Shown: positions 18,798-27,766 of the stretch, piece after piece
Numbering within the stretch: position 1 is the stretch's first letter
How the letters are laid out: every line of letters begins with the position of its first letter
Assembly (NCBI GenBank): GCA_964383765.1
Contig: CAYLHT010000003.1
Location: 6,328-70,327, forward strand
Length of the DNA stretch: 64,000 nucleotides
Direction: 5' to 3'
DNA from: an uncultured Gammaproteobacteria bacterium
GTDB taxonomy: Bacteria; Patescibacteriota; Patescibacteriia; SBBC01; CAIJZX01
Notes under the pieces: generated by a model
The model's database searches: none
Seen by the model: only the letters and a program-made list of their open reading frames with translations
What the model was told of the DNA's origin: nothing
Translations under genes and position numbers: made by a program

Positions 18798-19382
18798 TCA
18801 ACGAGGAGAAATAAGTTTCAGGTTACTCCCCACTGAAGAACCTCCGCCATTGGTGTATGCTCTATCCTTTGTCCAATTTTCCTTGTCCGCCGTGGCCCAC
18901 GTATACCCCTTGCCAGAAATATTCGTAACATATAGATAAACTTCTTTTGATGGTTTTGTGATGGTGAGATTTGCCGTACCCGTAGAGTCTGTCGTCGCCG
19001 ATATTTTTTGAGTGGTTGTGGTAGCGGGCCCCAAGGAATCCCTGACCTCGGCCGAAACGGTAGCGCCTATGGCTGGCAACCAAGAATAAAGATTGGGAAT
19101 CGATTTATTTTGGGAAAGTTTAACTTGAACAGACCACTGGATACTACCATTACCGAGGTCAACGGCCTCGAGATTACCGCCATTGTAAATCCAAAAAGAA
19201 TCATTTTGAGCTTGATTGACATTGAAGGAAATGTCACTACTCCGATGGGAGGGGGAAGTAGTATTGTCACCAACTCCTGAGGTGGCAAAGCGATAAATGA
19301 AATAGCTCCAACCAAGCCCAACTGCAATGATTGCGGTAATCAGGATAGAGTCTAGTAATGTTTTGCCGCCGCGTTCTTTCAT
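18798..19382 (-). CDS. Hypothetical protein with prepilin-like N-terminus
   Basis: MKERGG-KTLLD followed by a hydrophobic helix; visibly more AT-rich than the flanks; own promoter (TTGACA/TATAGT). Confidence 0.6.
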   Translation of the reverse strand: MKERGGKTLLDSILITAIIAVGLGWSYFIYRFATSGVGDNTTSPSHRSSDISFNVNQAQNDSFWIYNGGNLEAVDLGNGSIQWSVQVKLSQNKSIPNLYSWLPAIGATVSAEVRDSLGPATTTTQKISATTDSTGTANLTITKPSKEVYLYVTNISGKGYTWATADKENWTKDRAYTNGGGSSVGSNLKLISPR

Positions 19383-19459
19383 CTTCGTGCGTTCACTATA
19401 GCATATTTGTGTCAACCCAAAAATAACTCTTCGGTGAGGCTGGACGTTGTCGAGCTCGT

Positions 19460-19533
19460 TGGCACGGGCACTAGGATTCGAACCTAGAATGACGGTTTTG
19501 GAGACCGTAGTGATACCATTTCACTATGCCCGC
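19460..19533 (-). tRNA. tRNA-Trp(CCA)
   Basis: Cloverleaf with ACGGT-CTCCAAA-ACCGT; CCA encoded. Confidence 0.95.
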
Positions 19534-19549
19534 ATAAGGCCAAGCTAGC

Positions 19550-19705
19550 TTACTTGGCTTCCTTATGCAAGGTGGATTTCTTGTCCCACTTGCAGTACTT
19601 CATCAACTCAATTTTATTCTTGAGCTTCTTCTTGTTCCGTTTCGAATGGTAGTTGATGTGCTTGCAAACGGTGCACTGGAGTTTGATGAGATTGTCTTGT
19701 GACAT
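19550..19705 (-). CDS. rpmG: 50S ribosomal protein L33
   Basis: MSQDNLIKLQCTVCKHINY...IELMKYCKWDKKSTLHKEAK; 51 aa, below the ORF-track cutoff. Confidence 0.93.
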   Translation of the reverse strand: MSQDNLIKLQCTVCKHINYHSKRNKKKLKNKIELMKYCKWDKKSTLHKEAK

Positions 19706-19727
19706 AGATAGTCTTGCTAATAAGTTC

Positions 19728-19802
19728 TGGAGCCAGCGGTCGGATTTGAACCGACGACCTTCACTTTACAAAAGTGTTGCTCTACCACTGAGCTACGCTG
19801 GC
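19728..19802 (-). tRNA. tRNA-Thr(TGT)
   Basis: GCCAGCG acceptor, loop TTTGTAA, CCA encoded. Confidence 0.93.
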
Positions 19803-19844
19803 GTTGAGCTCGAGGGTCGGGTCAATCCGCAACGGATTGACCCG

Positions 19845-19931
19845 TGGTGGGCCGGGAAGGATTCGAACCTTCGAAGGCGCGAGGCCACCTGATTTACAGT
19901 CAGGTCCATTTGACCACTTTGGTACCGACCC
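19845..19931 (-). tRNA. tRNA-Tyr(GTA)
   Basis: Loop CTGTAAA, long variable arm, CCA encoded. Confidence 0.93.
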
Positions 19932-20080
19932 AGGTTGTAAGGGATCAGCTTAGCGCGTGACTTGCCTTTTGGGGTCCCCGCCAAGGATTTGCTTGGCGGG
20001 GAAAAGCGGGACGCGCAACGAGGGTGGAGTGGGAACGACTTGTCGTTCATACGCAACCCGGGGTGCGCGATCACGCGCGG

Positions 20081-20153
20081 AGCCGTTGACCGGAATTGAA
20101 CCGGTGACCTTCTCCTTACCATGGAGATGCTCTACCAACTGAGCTACAACGGC
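20081..20153 (-). tRNA. tRNA-Thr(GGT)
   Basis: GCCGTTG acceptor, TCTCC-ATGGTAA-GGAGA; CCA not encoded. Confidence 0.93.
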
Positions 20154-20165
20154 GTGTAAAATTGT

Positions 20166-21143
20166 TTACGTGCGTTCGTTTGGAGATGTGTGCGTTTCGT
20201 ACAATGTCGGTGAGCTTTCGTCTACCGTGACAGCTGGGAACTTGACGCTATTTTCCATGGCTTCAATCTGTTCCCGCCAGCTAGCAATCTTGCTATTCTC
20301 CGGGTTGACGTCGCTCATCTGCCGGACGGCGTCTTCGGCAAACTGTTTCTTACCGGCCCCGATGCTAATTTCAATGTATTCGTCGAGAATCTTGGGGTTG
20401 TTCGGTTCGCGTCGATGGGCTTCTTCAATCCGCTCAAAGGCCAATCGCCACTCCCCCAGCATGCGATCAACCTTGGCTAAGTTCAAGTAGTAGACTGTGT
20501 CGCCGCCGTTGAGCTGGACCGCCCGTTCAAGATCGTGTTCCGCCTCGCGTAGATCCCCACTGGCTAATTCTGCCTCGCCTAAGTGTTCGTAAATAGCATC
20601 TGACTCCCCGACCAATTTCAATAAGTATCGGTAGACTTCCTTGGCATGATCGGGTTGATTGGTCTTGAGATAGAGCTCGCCGAGGAATTCAAAAGCTGGA
20701 ACTGACCGCGGTTCAAGTCGGATGGCCTGCATGGCCTTCTCTTCAGCCGCAGCATCTTCCCCATCGTCCCCGAGGGCTCGCGCTTGAGTCAACAAGTCAG
20801 AGATTTCGCGATCAAGTTTATGTCGTTGGCGCCGATTCAGGAAGACCGGTAGGGAACGAATTTTATACTCGCGTTCGAGCTCCACCAGTTTCTGGTGAGT
20901 CCCTTGCCAAACGTTTTGCACGCGTTGTCCAATTGGTCCCGCCGCAGTCGACACTGCCTCCCAAGCGGTCGTGACTTTCCGTCGTAGTCGTTGCTCGAGC
21001 AGCGAACGTTTGCGAGCTTCAACGGCGGTCGTGGCGGTGATCGCTTCGGTTCGCGCCAACAAGGGAAATTTTCGCACCACGATCACGCCGGCTGCAATCA
21101 AACTGATCGCCACCGCTCCCAGCGAGATCAGCTCAATCGACAT
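20166..21143 (-). CDS. Membrane-anchored TPR protein
   Basis: N-terminal TM and TPR-like repeats (AIRLEP...LGELY; AVQLNG...LA). Confidence 0.8.
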   Translation of the reverse strand: MSIELISLGAVAISLIAAGVIVVRKFPLLARTEAITATTAVEARKRSLLEQRLRRKVTTAWEAVSTAAGPIGQRVQNVWQGTHQKLVELEREYKIRSLPVFLNRRQRHKLDREISDLLTQARALGDDGEDAAAEEKAMQAIRLEPRSVPAFEFLGELYLKTNQPDHAKEVYRYLLKLVGESDAIYEHLGEAELASGDLREAEHDLERAVQLNGGDTVYYLNLAKVDRMLGEWRLAFERIEEAHRREPNNPKILDEYIEISIGAGKKQFAEDAVRQMSDVNPENSKIASWREQIEAMENSVKFPAVTVDESSPTLYETHTSPNERT

Positions 21144-21144
21144 G

Positions 21145-21726
21145 CTAGACGGTTTGGCGGTTAAAGGACACGACTTGGATATTCTCACCCAGCCGGGTAA
21201 TCGCAGCCTGAATCACGTCAGTAATCGTTTGGGTATCGTCTTTGACAAAGGGCTGGTCAAGCAAGCATGTTTCACTGTAGAACTTCTGTAGTTTTCCTTC
21301 GACTATCTTGTCCCACATTTTTTCCGGCTTCCCTTCTGACTGAAGTTGATCGCGGTAAATCGCGCGTTCTTCGTCAAGCACCTCAGCCGGAATCTCGCTG
21401 GATCGGAGGTACCTGGGGTTGGTAGCGGCGACATGGACCGCCAGGTCATGGGCTAAGTTTTTAAAATCATCAGTCCGAGCGACAAAATCGGTTTCGCACG
21501 CCAGGGCGACCATCGCTCCAACTTTACCATTGGCATGCAGGTAGGTCCCAACCACACCTTCCTTAACCGGTCGCGCGCTTTTCTTACTGGCGATTTTCAG
21601 ACCGGCCTTGCGTAGTTCAGTCACGGCCTTGGCCATATCCCCGCCGGCGGCTTCCAAAGCTCGCTTGGCGTCCATTAGGCCGACGCCGGTTTGCTGCCGG
21701 AGGGCGTTAATATCTTGTGCGTTCAT
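21145..21726 (-). CDS. tsf: Elongation factor Ts (short form)
   Basis: LRQQTGVGLMDAKRAL, CETDFVA and GENI. Confidence 0.95.
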   Translation of the reverse strand: MNAQDINALRQQTGVGLMDAKRALEAAGGDMAKAVTELRKAGLKIASKKSARPVKEGVVGTYLHANGKVGAMVALACETDFVARTDDFKNLAHDLAVHVAATNPRYLRSSEIPAEVLDEERAIYRDQLQSEGKPEKMWDKIVEGKLQKFYSETCLLDQPFVKDDTQTITDVIQAAITRLGENIQVVSFNRQTV

Positions 21727-22523
21727 ACCTCGTCGGGTGATTCGGCTGAATCTGATTCAGCTGGCATGTCGGTCATGGCTACTCCTGGTTCGACCAGCGC
21801 TTCGGCCGCTTGTTTGGCTTGGGCTGCCAGACGCCGTTCGTTGTCGGCCTGACCGTCGGTCATCGCCTCAACCAGAACTTTGGTGATATAGGCAATCGAC
21901 TTGGTGGCATCGTCGTTGGCTGGAATGACGTAGTCGATCCCGCTTGGATTCACATTTGAATCACACAGGGCGACGACCGGCACGTGCATCAGCGCAGCCT
22001 CACGGATGGCAGTCTTCTCGTGTTTGACGTCAACCACGACGATGGCCGACGGCAGACGATCCAAGGCGCCGAGTCCACCCACCAATTTGTCTAAGCGTTC
22101 AATTTCGCGTTCAAATTCGAGCTGCTCTTTTTTCGTGTACTTTGACAGTTGGCCGGCTGCGCGTTGTTCCTTCAGCGTGGCCAATTTGTGGATCAGCTGC
22201 CGGACATTCGAGAAGTTCGTAAACAGTCCGCCGATCCAGCGATCGACGACGAAGGGCATCGCAGCTTGCTGAGCGGCTTGCAGCACGACCTCGCGGGCTT
22301 GACGCTTGGTCCCGACGAACAGGATCGTGCCGCCGCTCCCGACGGCTTCCCGTAAGAACGCCGCCGCTTGCGTTAACGCCACCTTGGTTTTCTCCAGGTT
22401 GATGATGGACACGCCGTCCCGGGTGGTATACAGGTACGGCTCCATTTTAGGATGTCGACGGCTCGGCTGGTGACCAAAGTGGACACCGGCTTGGAGCATG
22501 TCGAGTAACGTTACGTCCGACAT
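21723..22523 (-). CDS. rpsB: 30S ribosomal protein S2
   Basis: AGVHFGH, RWIGGLFTN and IPANDD. Confidence 0.97.
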   Translation of the reverse strand: MSDVTLLDMLQAGVHFGHQPSRRHPKMEPYLYTTRDGVSIINLEKTKVALTQAAAFLREAVGSGGTILFVGTKRQAREVVLQAAQQAAMPFVVDRWIGGLFTNFSNVRQLIHKLATLKEQRAAGQLSKYTKKEQLEFEREIERLDKLVGGLGALDRLPSAIVVVDVKHEKTAIREAALMHVPVVALCDSNVNPSGIDYVIPANDDATKSIAYITKVLVEAMTDGQADNERRLAAQAKQAAEALVEPGVAMTDMPAESDSAESPDEV

Positions 22524-22529
22524 AAGTTC

Positions 22530-22630
22530 CTTTCTTCCCGATCGAATGACCGGGCCGCTACACCGTGGCTAATCCGGAGCCTCATGACTTAAGGCAGGGC
22601 CGGGCCGAAAGCGGTGTATGTGTGATGGAT
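22530..22630 (-). promoter_or_regulatory. Probable rpsB (S2) autoregulatory leader
   Basis: Long 5' UTR with CACACATACACCG...CGGTGTA pairing, resembling S2 leaders. Boundaries are approximate. Confidence 0.45.
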
Positions 22631-22674
22631 AAGCGAAAACAACTGCCGCCGCAGTCTACCACGACTCACGTGGC

Positions 22675-22703
22675 TTGACAAGCCCTAGCCGAAGCGGTAG
22701 ACT
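22675..22703 (+). promoter_or_regulatory. Sigma70 promoter of rpmE
   Basis: TTGACA-17-TAGACT. Confidence 0.7.
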
Positions 22704-22712
22704 GTGCCGGCA

Positions 22713-23006
22713 ATGCAAACCGCCATTCACCCCACCTATACCCACACGGCCAAGGTTACCTGCCTAACCTGTGGCACCACCTTCACGACCGGTTCGACGC
22801 TTGAGGACATCAAAGTCGAAGTCTGTTCGCATTGTCATCCGTTCTATACCGGCAAACAGAATTTGGTTGACACCGCCGGCCGAGTTGATCGGTTCCAGAA
22901 ACTGGTGCAACGGAGTACGACCGACAAACCACGCCGCTCGAAGCGAACCAAGTTGGCTGAAAAGAAGGCGCGCAAGGTCGCCAAGGCGACGAAAGACGAG
23001 GAGTAG
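22713..23006 (+). CDS. rpmE: 50S ribosomal protein L31
   Basis: IHP.Y, Cxx[14 protein letters not shown] and GRVDRF. Confidence 0.95.
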   Translation: MQTAIHPTYTHTAKVTCLTCGTTFTTGSTLEDIKVEVCSHCHPFYTGKQNLVDTAGRVDRFQKLVQRSTTDKPRRSKRTKLAEKKARKVAKATKDEE

Positions 23007-23060
23007 ATTCTTAGCGTCTCCACCCCGGTTTCCGGGGCTGATTTGCTATACTAAAGAACC

Positions 23061-24125
23061 ATGATTGATCCCAACCACATCAATCAGTTGCGTCAAGATT
23101 TGCACCACCTGCAGGCAGAATTAGCGTCGGCCAGTACCGCGAATGACCAAGCGGCTATCCGTTCGCTGTCCCAACGGTACGCGGAGGTTGAACAGATTGT
23201 GACCTTGGCTGATCGGCTCGACGAAGTTTCAGCCGCTGAACGAGACGCACACCACAGTGCGACTGACGCCTCGGATCCCGAATTACAACAACTCGCTCAA
23301 CACGAGCTCACGCATTTGTCCAAGCAGCGTCAAGATCTTTCGGCTCAGCTCGAGGAACTACTCACCCCCGGCGATCCGAACGACCGGAAGAATATTATCG
23401 TGGAAATTCGAGGCGGCGCCGGCGGAGATGAAGCGGCGTTATTCGCAGCTGAACTGTTCCGGATGTACAGTCGGTTCGCCGAACGACAAGGCTGGAAAAC
23501 AAATCTACTGTCGTCGAGTCACACCGGCATCGGCGGTTTGAAAGAAGTGATTTTTGAGATCAGTGGGACGAATGTCTATCGCGCGATGAAATATGAGAGC
23601 GGCGTCCACCGTGTGCAGCGGGTGCCTGAGACGGAAAAAAGCGGTCGGGTCCACACGTCAACCGTGACGGTCGCGGTTGTTCCCGAAGCCGAAGAAGCTG
23701 ATTTGGTCATTGATCCAAAAGATTTGAAAATCGTCACCTCAACCTCAAGCGGTCACGGCGGTCAATCGGTCAACACCACCTACTCCGCTATTCGATTAAC
23801 CCACATCCCAACTGGTATCATGGTCACCATGCAGGACGAACGTTCACAGCAACAAAACCGGATTAAAGCCATGCAAGGCTTGCGCTCCCGCTTGCTGGCC
23901 AAACAGGAAACCGAACGTCGCGAACGTGATTCAGCCCTGCGGAAGAGTCAGATTGGGAGCGGCGATCGATCGGAAAAAATTCGAACCTACAATTTCTCGC
24001 AGGATCGTGTGACTGATCACCGCATCAAAGTCAACGTCCACAATTTACCCCAGTTCATGGACGGTGATATTGGGGAATTAACGGAACAATTGCGACAAGC
24101 TGACTTGGCACAACAACACGCATGA
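23061..24125 (+). CDS. prfA: Peptide chain release factor 1
   Basis: PET anticodon motif (VQRVPETE), GGQ and RSEKIRTYN. Confidence 0.95.
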   Translation: MIDPNHINQLRQDLHHLQAELASASTANDQAAIRSLSQRYAEVEQIVTLADRLDEVSAAERDAHHSATDASDPELQQLAQHELTHLSKQRQDLSAQLEELLTPGDPNDRKNIIVEIRGGAGGDEAALFAAELFRMYSRFAERQGWKTNLLSSSHTGIGGLKEVIFEISGTNVYRAMKYESGVHRVQRVPETEKSGRVHTSTVTVAVVPEAEEADLVIDPKDLKIVTSTSSGHGGQSVNTTYSAIRLTHIPTGIMVTMQDERSQQQNRIKAMQGLRSRLLAKQETERRERDSALRKSQIGSGDRSEKIRTYNFSQDRVTDHRIKVNVHNLPQFMDGDIGELTEQLRQADLAQQHA

Positions 24126-24952
24126 GTATCAGTCATCAGCTGACGGCGGCGCAACGCCGCTTAAAACAGTCATCCGACAGTCCACGACTTGATGCTGAGT
24201 TATTGTTAGCTCATGTCGTACAAACCGATCGGGCCGGTTTGATCAAGCGGAAAAACGAATCATTGTCGCCCGAGCACGAGCAGGTTTTTCAAGCTTTGAT
24301 TGAATCCCGCCTTCAGGGTTGGCCGGTCGCCTATCTCACGAACCGCCAAGCCTTCGGCGATTTGTCACTCTACGTCACGCCAGACGTTTTGATTCCGCGG
24401 CCAGCCACGGAACTACTGGTCGACGAAATCGTTCAGCGTGTGCCGGCCGATCAGGCTGTCACGATTGCTGACATTGGTACCGGCAGCGGCGCGATCGCAC
24501 TTGCCTTAGCCCTGAATCTTCCGCATGCAAAAATTATTGCGACTGATATTTCTCCACAAGCCCTTTCAATTGCACACTATAACGCCCGACATTCCGGTTT
24601 AACCCAGAGAATCCAATTTCTCCAAGGCACGCTGCTTGAACCTCTCCAACGAGTGGCAACACCTGACATCATCGTGGGGAATCTTCCCTACCTCCGGCCG
24701 GACCAGTTCACCGAACCGTCGATTCAACATGAACCGAGATTAGCGTTGGCTGGTGGTCGAGACGGGTTAACATTAGTCTGGCGACTCTTGGACCAACTTC
24801 ATCAGGTGTATCCGTGGGCTGGGTTAGTGCTTGAACTTCATCCCAATCAAGTTGAAACCGTTGGAGCACACCTCGCTAGTCAATGGCCGCAATATTCCAT
24901 CAGTCGCGTTTCAGACGGACAGACCGACCGTGGCGTGGTCTTGTGGCGGTAA
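24122..24952 (+). CDS. prmC: Release factor glutamine methyltransferase
   Basis: LIPRP.TE, DIGTGSG and NLPY; follows prfA. Confidence 0.93.
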   Translation: MSISHQLTAAQRRLKQSSDSPRLDAELLLAHVVQTDRAGLIKRKNESLSPEHEQVFQALIESRLQGWPVAYLTNRQAFGDLSLYVTPDVLIPRPATELLVDEIVQRVPADQAVTIADIGTGSGAIALALALNLPHAKIIATDISPQALSIAHYNARHSGLTQRIQFLQGTLLEPLQRVATPDIIVGNLPYLRPDQFTEPSIQHEPRLALAGGRDGLTLVWRLLDQLHQVYPWAGLVLELHPNQVETVGAHLASQWPQYSISRVSDGQTDRGVVLWR

Positions 24953-25093
24953 TCGCCTACGCACCGCTGTATGAAGTTTTTCAACCCCGTTTGAAAATGA
25001 TGAGTTTCTATAGCTACTGTTGCAGATAGTTGACAAATATGTTTTCTGAGAATACTGTTCAACGCCCATTCCTGCAGAGGAAAGGAGGATTCG

Positions 25094-25291
25094 ATGGGAG
25101 ACGGTCTCAAGAAATTGGCGGAGGATATCGAGGAGTACCGGGGGTTGTGCGAGAAGTACGGGGAGGAAGTTCAGACCAGGACCGGAGCATATGGCCACTC
25201 TGTGCCCGATCCATACTGCGCACATGCGAAGGGACTCAAGCAGCGTGAGTTGACGGAAGATGCTCAGCGTTCCGACACAGCCCAATCGTAG
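25094..25291 (+). CDS. Small ORFan
   Basis: TTGACA(25030)-17-TACTGT promoter, SD AAAGGAGG, and a downstream hairpin with a T-run. Confidence 0.6.
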   Translation: MGDGLKKLAEDIEEYRGLCEKYGEEVQTRTGAYGHSVPDPYCAHAKGLKQRELTEDAQRSDTAQS

Positions 25292-25524
25292 TCAAGTACT
25301 CGTTATCTCGTCGTTGCTAGCGGTGCACATCCCGGACTTGATTGCCCGGGATATTTTTCCACGCCGTGCAAACAAAAAAGAACTCTTTGAGAGCCATTGG
25401 GGTTAAAAAATTTCGCTCAACTTTAGGTTATAGGTAGTGCGTCGCACCATTGCAGCCAGACAATTGTATTCTCGCTCTGTCACATCTGACCTACAACCTA
25501 AAACCAACAACCTACCAGCTATCT

Positions 25525-26664
25525 TCAGTAGGTCACTTTCCGATCCAGCGGTAGTGCTTCAATCCAGGTCACGCCCGGGTTGAGCGCTAAGACATTCCCG
25601 CTCGCATCGAGGAATTGTGTTCGACCTGTGGCGCTGTCCTTTTTCCAGGTGCCTTCGGTCGTGGTGCCGTCGCGGAACATCAACATTTTCCCTGTGCCCA
25701 CAGTCTGGAGATCAAGCCGCTCTTTTTCGCCTTTGATCAGTCCGGTTTTCATGAATTCCACAACCACGTTGTCGGCGTAGAGTTGCGTACCGTCGCGCGT
25801 GACGTGGGGCTGATCCGCAACGTACCTGGTGTAGCGGTTGTTGACCCGATCATAGACGTATTTGACGCGGTAGGTGAACGATGAGAAATCAATCACCAGG
25901 TCGGTGACGGTCGCCGGACGCTGCTCGAGCGGCGTCTCGTCTTTGAACGTCCAGGGGGTAAAGGTCGGTGTTTCCGGTTTAACACGATTCACGGCGTCGC
26001 TCATCAGGAAACTACTCGTGTAGAGATTGTGCGGTGCGTGGCGCTGTTTATCTCGAATGAAATTCGGGGCGTGATAGAATTGATTGAAGTCGTACACATT
26101 TGGATGCCCGGTTTTCAGATAGGACAAGGCTTGTGGACTTCCGCCGACATGCAAATACAGTGGATGGTATTCCTCAGCCCAAGAAATGTAGTACGGTCGG
26201 GCCGACCGAATTGGACCGAGTTCTTTGAAATCGGTGCCGACCGGGATCAGGGCCATGAATCGAGTAATGCCGCCCTCGGCTAAGGCTTCATACACGACGC
26301 TCGCTTTATCCAGACCGGACGGCGGCCGCGATTCCTTAATGTTTTCGACCATGGCGGCCAAAATCACCGGGTTCGTCTGATCGGCTGGAACCATCACGCC
26401 ATCCAGCAGCCGCGGAGCTAAAACGGTGGAATTCGTGGACGCCGTATTGGTGGTCGACGTCGTGGCGGGTCGACGCATGACCATCCAGCCAATCGCGGCC
26501 ACGCCGCCAACCACGACCACGCCCACAACCACCCAGGCCCAGGGTGGAATCAAGCGTTTGCGATTCGTTTTCACGACGGTTGCTTTTGAGATCGGCGAAC
26601 CCGCTGAAGGGGTCCCGCTTGAAGGGTTCTGGATTTCAGGTGAAGACTGAGGGCGTTTAGCCAT
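25525..26664 (-). CDS. DUF3048 domain-containing protein
   Basis: TM; VEN...RP.SGL..A.VVYE...EGGITR, GPIRSARPY and R.APHNLY. Confidence 0.88.
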   Translation of the reverse strand: MAKRPQSSPEIQNPSSGTPSAGSPISKATVVKTNRKRLIPPWAWVVVGVVVVGGVAAIGWMVMRRPATTSTTNTASTNSTVLAPRLLDGVMVPADQTNPVILAAMVENIKESRPPSGLDKASVVYEALAEGGITRFMALIPVGTDFKELGPIRSARPYYISWAEEYHPLYLHVGGSPQALSYLKTGHPNVYDFNQFYHAPNFIRDKQRHAPHNLYTSSFLMSDAVNRVKPETPTFTPWTFKDETPLEQRPATVTDLVIDFSSFTYRVKYVYDRVNNRYTRYVADQPHVTRDGTQLYADNVVVEFMKTGLIKGEKERLDLQTVGTGKMLMFRDGTTTEGTWKKDSATGRTQFLDASGNVLALNPGVTWIEALPLDRKVTY

Positions 26665-27355
26665 TCTTTTTTTCTTCAGGGCTTGGGGCAGCTGCTTCTT
26701 CGGTTGTTTCGTCTTCAGCCGGTTTAGCCTTCTCAACGGTACCGACGGCACTCACATCCTCTTCAACTTTTTCACTCAGGGCGGCAATTTCCTCTTCGCT
26801 CCGAGGCGGTGTGACGCTCGCGACGACTTCTTCGAATCGATCCAAAATGGTAATCCCTTTGGGCGCCTGAATGTCACTGACGTGAATCCGATCTTCAAAA
26901 GTTTTCAATCCGCTGATGTCGACGGCAATATTCGGAACCAGGTCGGCGGGCAAACATTCAACTTTGATTTTGTCCAAGGCCCGGACAAAAATCCCGCCTT
27001 GCTCTTTGACGGCTGGCGATTCACCGATAAAGTTCAGTTCAATTTCGGCTTGGAGCTTTTCTGTCATCTTAACTTGATAGAAATCGACGTGCACGATCGC
27101 CGAGCTAGTGGGATGGCGCTGGACATCGTGAATCAGGACCGTGACCGGGGCATGTCCAGAGACCGATAAGTCGACTAAACTCGTCGAGCCGGCTTGACGC
27201 AAGACGCGGGCCAGCTCAGCTTGTTTGACGACCAGGTTCTGGTTCGCAACGCCGTGACCATACACAACCGCCGGGACCTGATCGGTCCGGCGAAGCTTAC
27301 TGGTCTGTTTGCCGAGGTCAGTTCGACGCTCGGCGGTGAGAGTGTACCGTTCCAT
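26657..27355 (-). CDS. rplY: 50S ribosomal protein L25/Ctc
   Basis: VPAVVYG, Q.HP...HVDF and an acidic tail. Confidence 0.95.
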   Translation of the reverse strand: MERYTLTAERRTDLGKQTSKLRRTDQVPAVVYGHGVANQNLVVKQAELARVLRQAGSTSLVDLSVSGHAPVTVLIHDVQRHPTSSAIVHVDFYQVKMTEKLQAEIELNFIGESPAVKEQGGIFVRALDKIKVECLPADLVPNIAVDISGLKTFEDRIHVSDIQAPKGITILDRFEEVVASVTPPRSEEEIAALSEKVEEDVSAVGTVEKAKPAEDETTEEAAAPSPEEKKNG

Positions 27356-27376
27356 ACTGGCGATGAACTTCCGGTC

Positions 27377-27706
27377 CTAGAGCCAAACCAACTGCCGGTC
27401 GCTCTGCAGCCAGCGGTACATCTCAAGCACGTCGTCAATTGAGACCGATTGACGTGCCGGTAAATCAATTAATTCCTGACTGGTCAGATCAGTCACGGTC
27501 CCAACTGAAGATAAGCCCGACATACCGGTGGTCACGACTGCGACCACGGCGCTGCCGCACTGTCGACATTCGAGATACAGTAAATGCGCATCATCCCGTT
27601 CAGCCATGATTTGGGTTTTGAGGGGATTGTAGGTCGCCTGACACTGCGGACACACCGTCAAGATCTGGAGGTCGCGACCCGATGAAGGGGTATAGTCGGA
27701 AGCCAT
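27377..27706 (-). CDS. Zn-ribbon hypothetical protein
   Basis: CPQC...CRQC and TDLT..E. Confidence 0.7.
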   Translation of the reverse strand: MASDYTPSSGRDLQILTVCPQCQATYNPLKTQIMAERDDAHLLYLECRQCGSAVVAVVTTGMSGLSSVGTVTDLTSQELIDLPARQSVSIDDVLEMYRWLQSDRQLVWL

Positions 27707-27766
27707 AGGAAAATAATCTGAACAGGTTGAGTATAGCACGTTCGGACGTAGACGTCAAATATTGGT

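Noticed and set aside
19460-19533. Alternative genetic code (TGA recoding)
   Set aside because: Genes end normally at TGA (e.g. prfA, uppS, rpsB) and long ORFs are uninterrupted in code 11.
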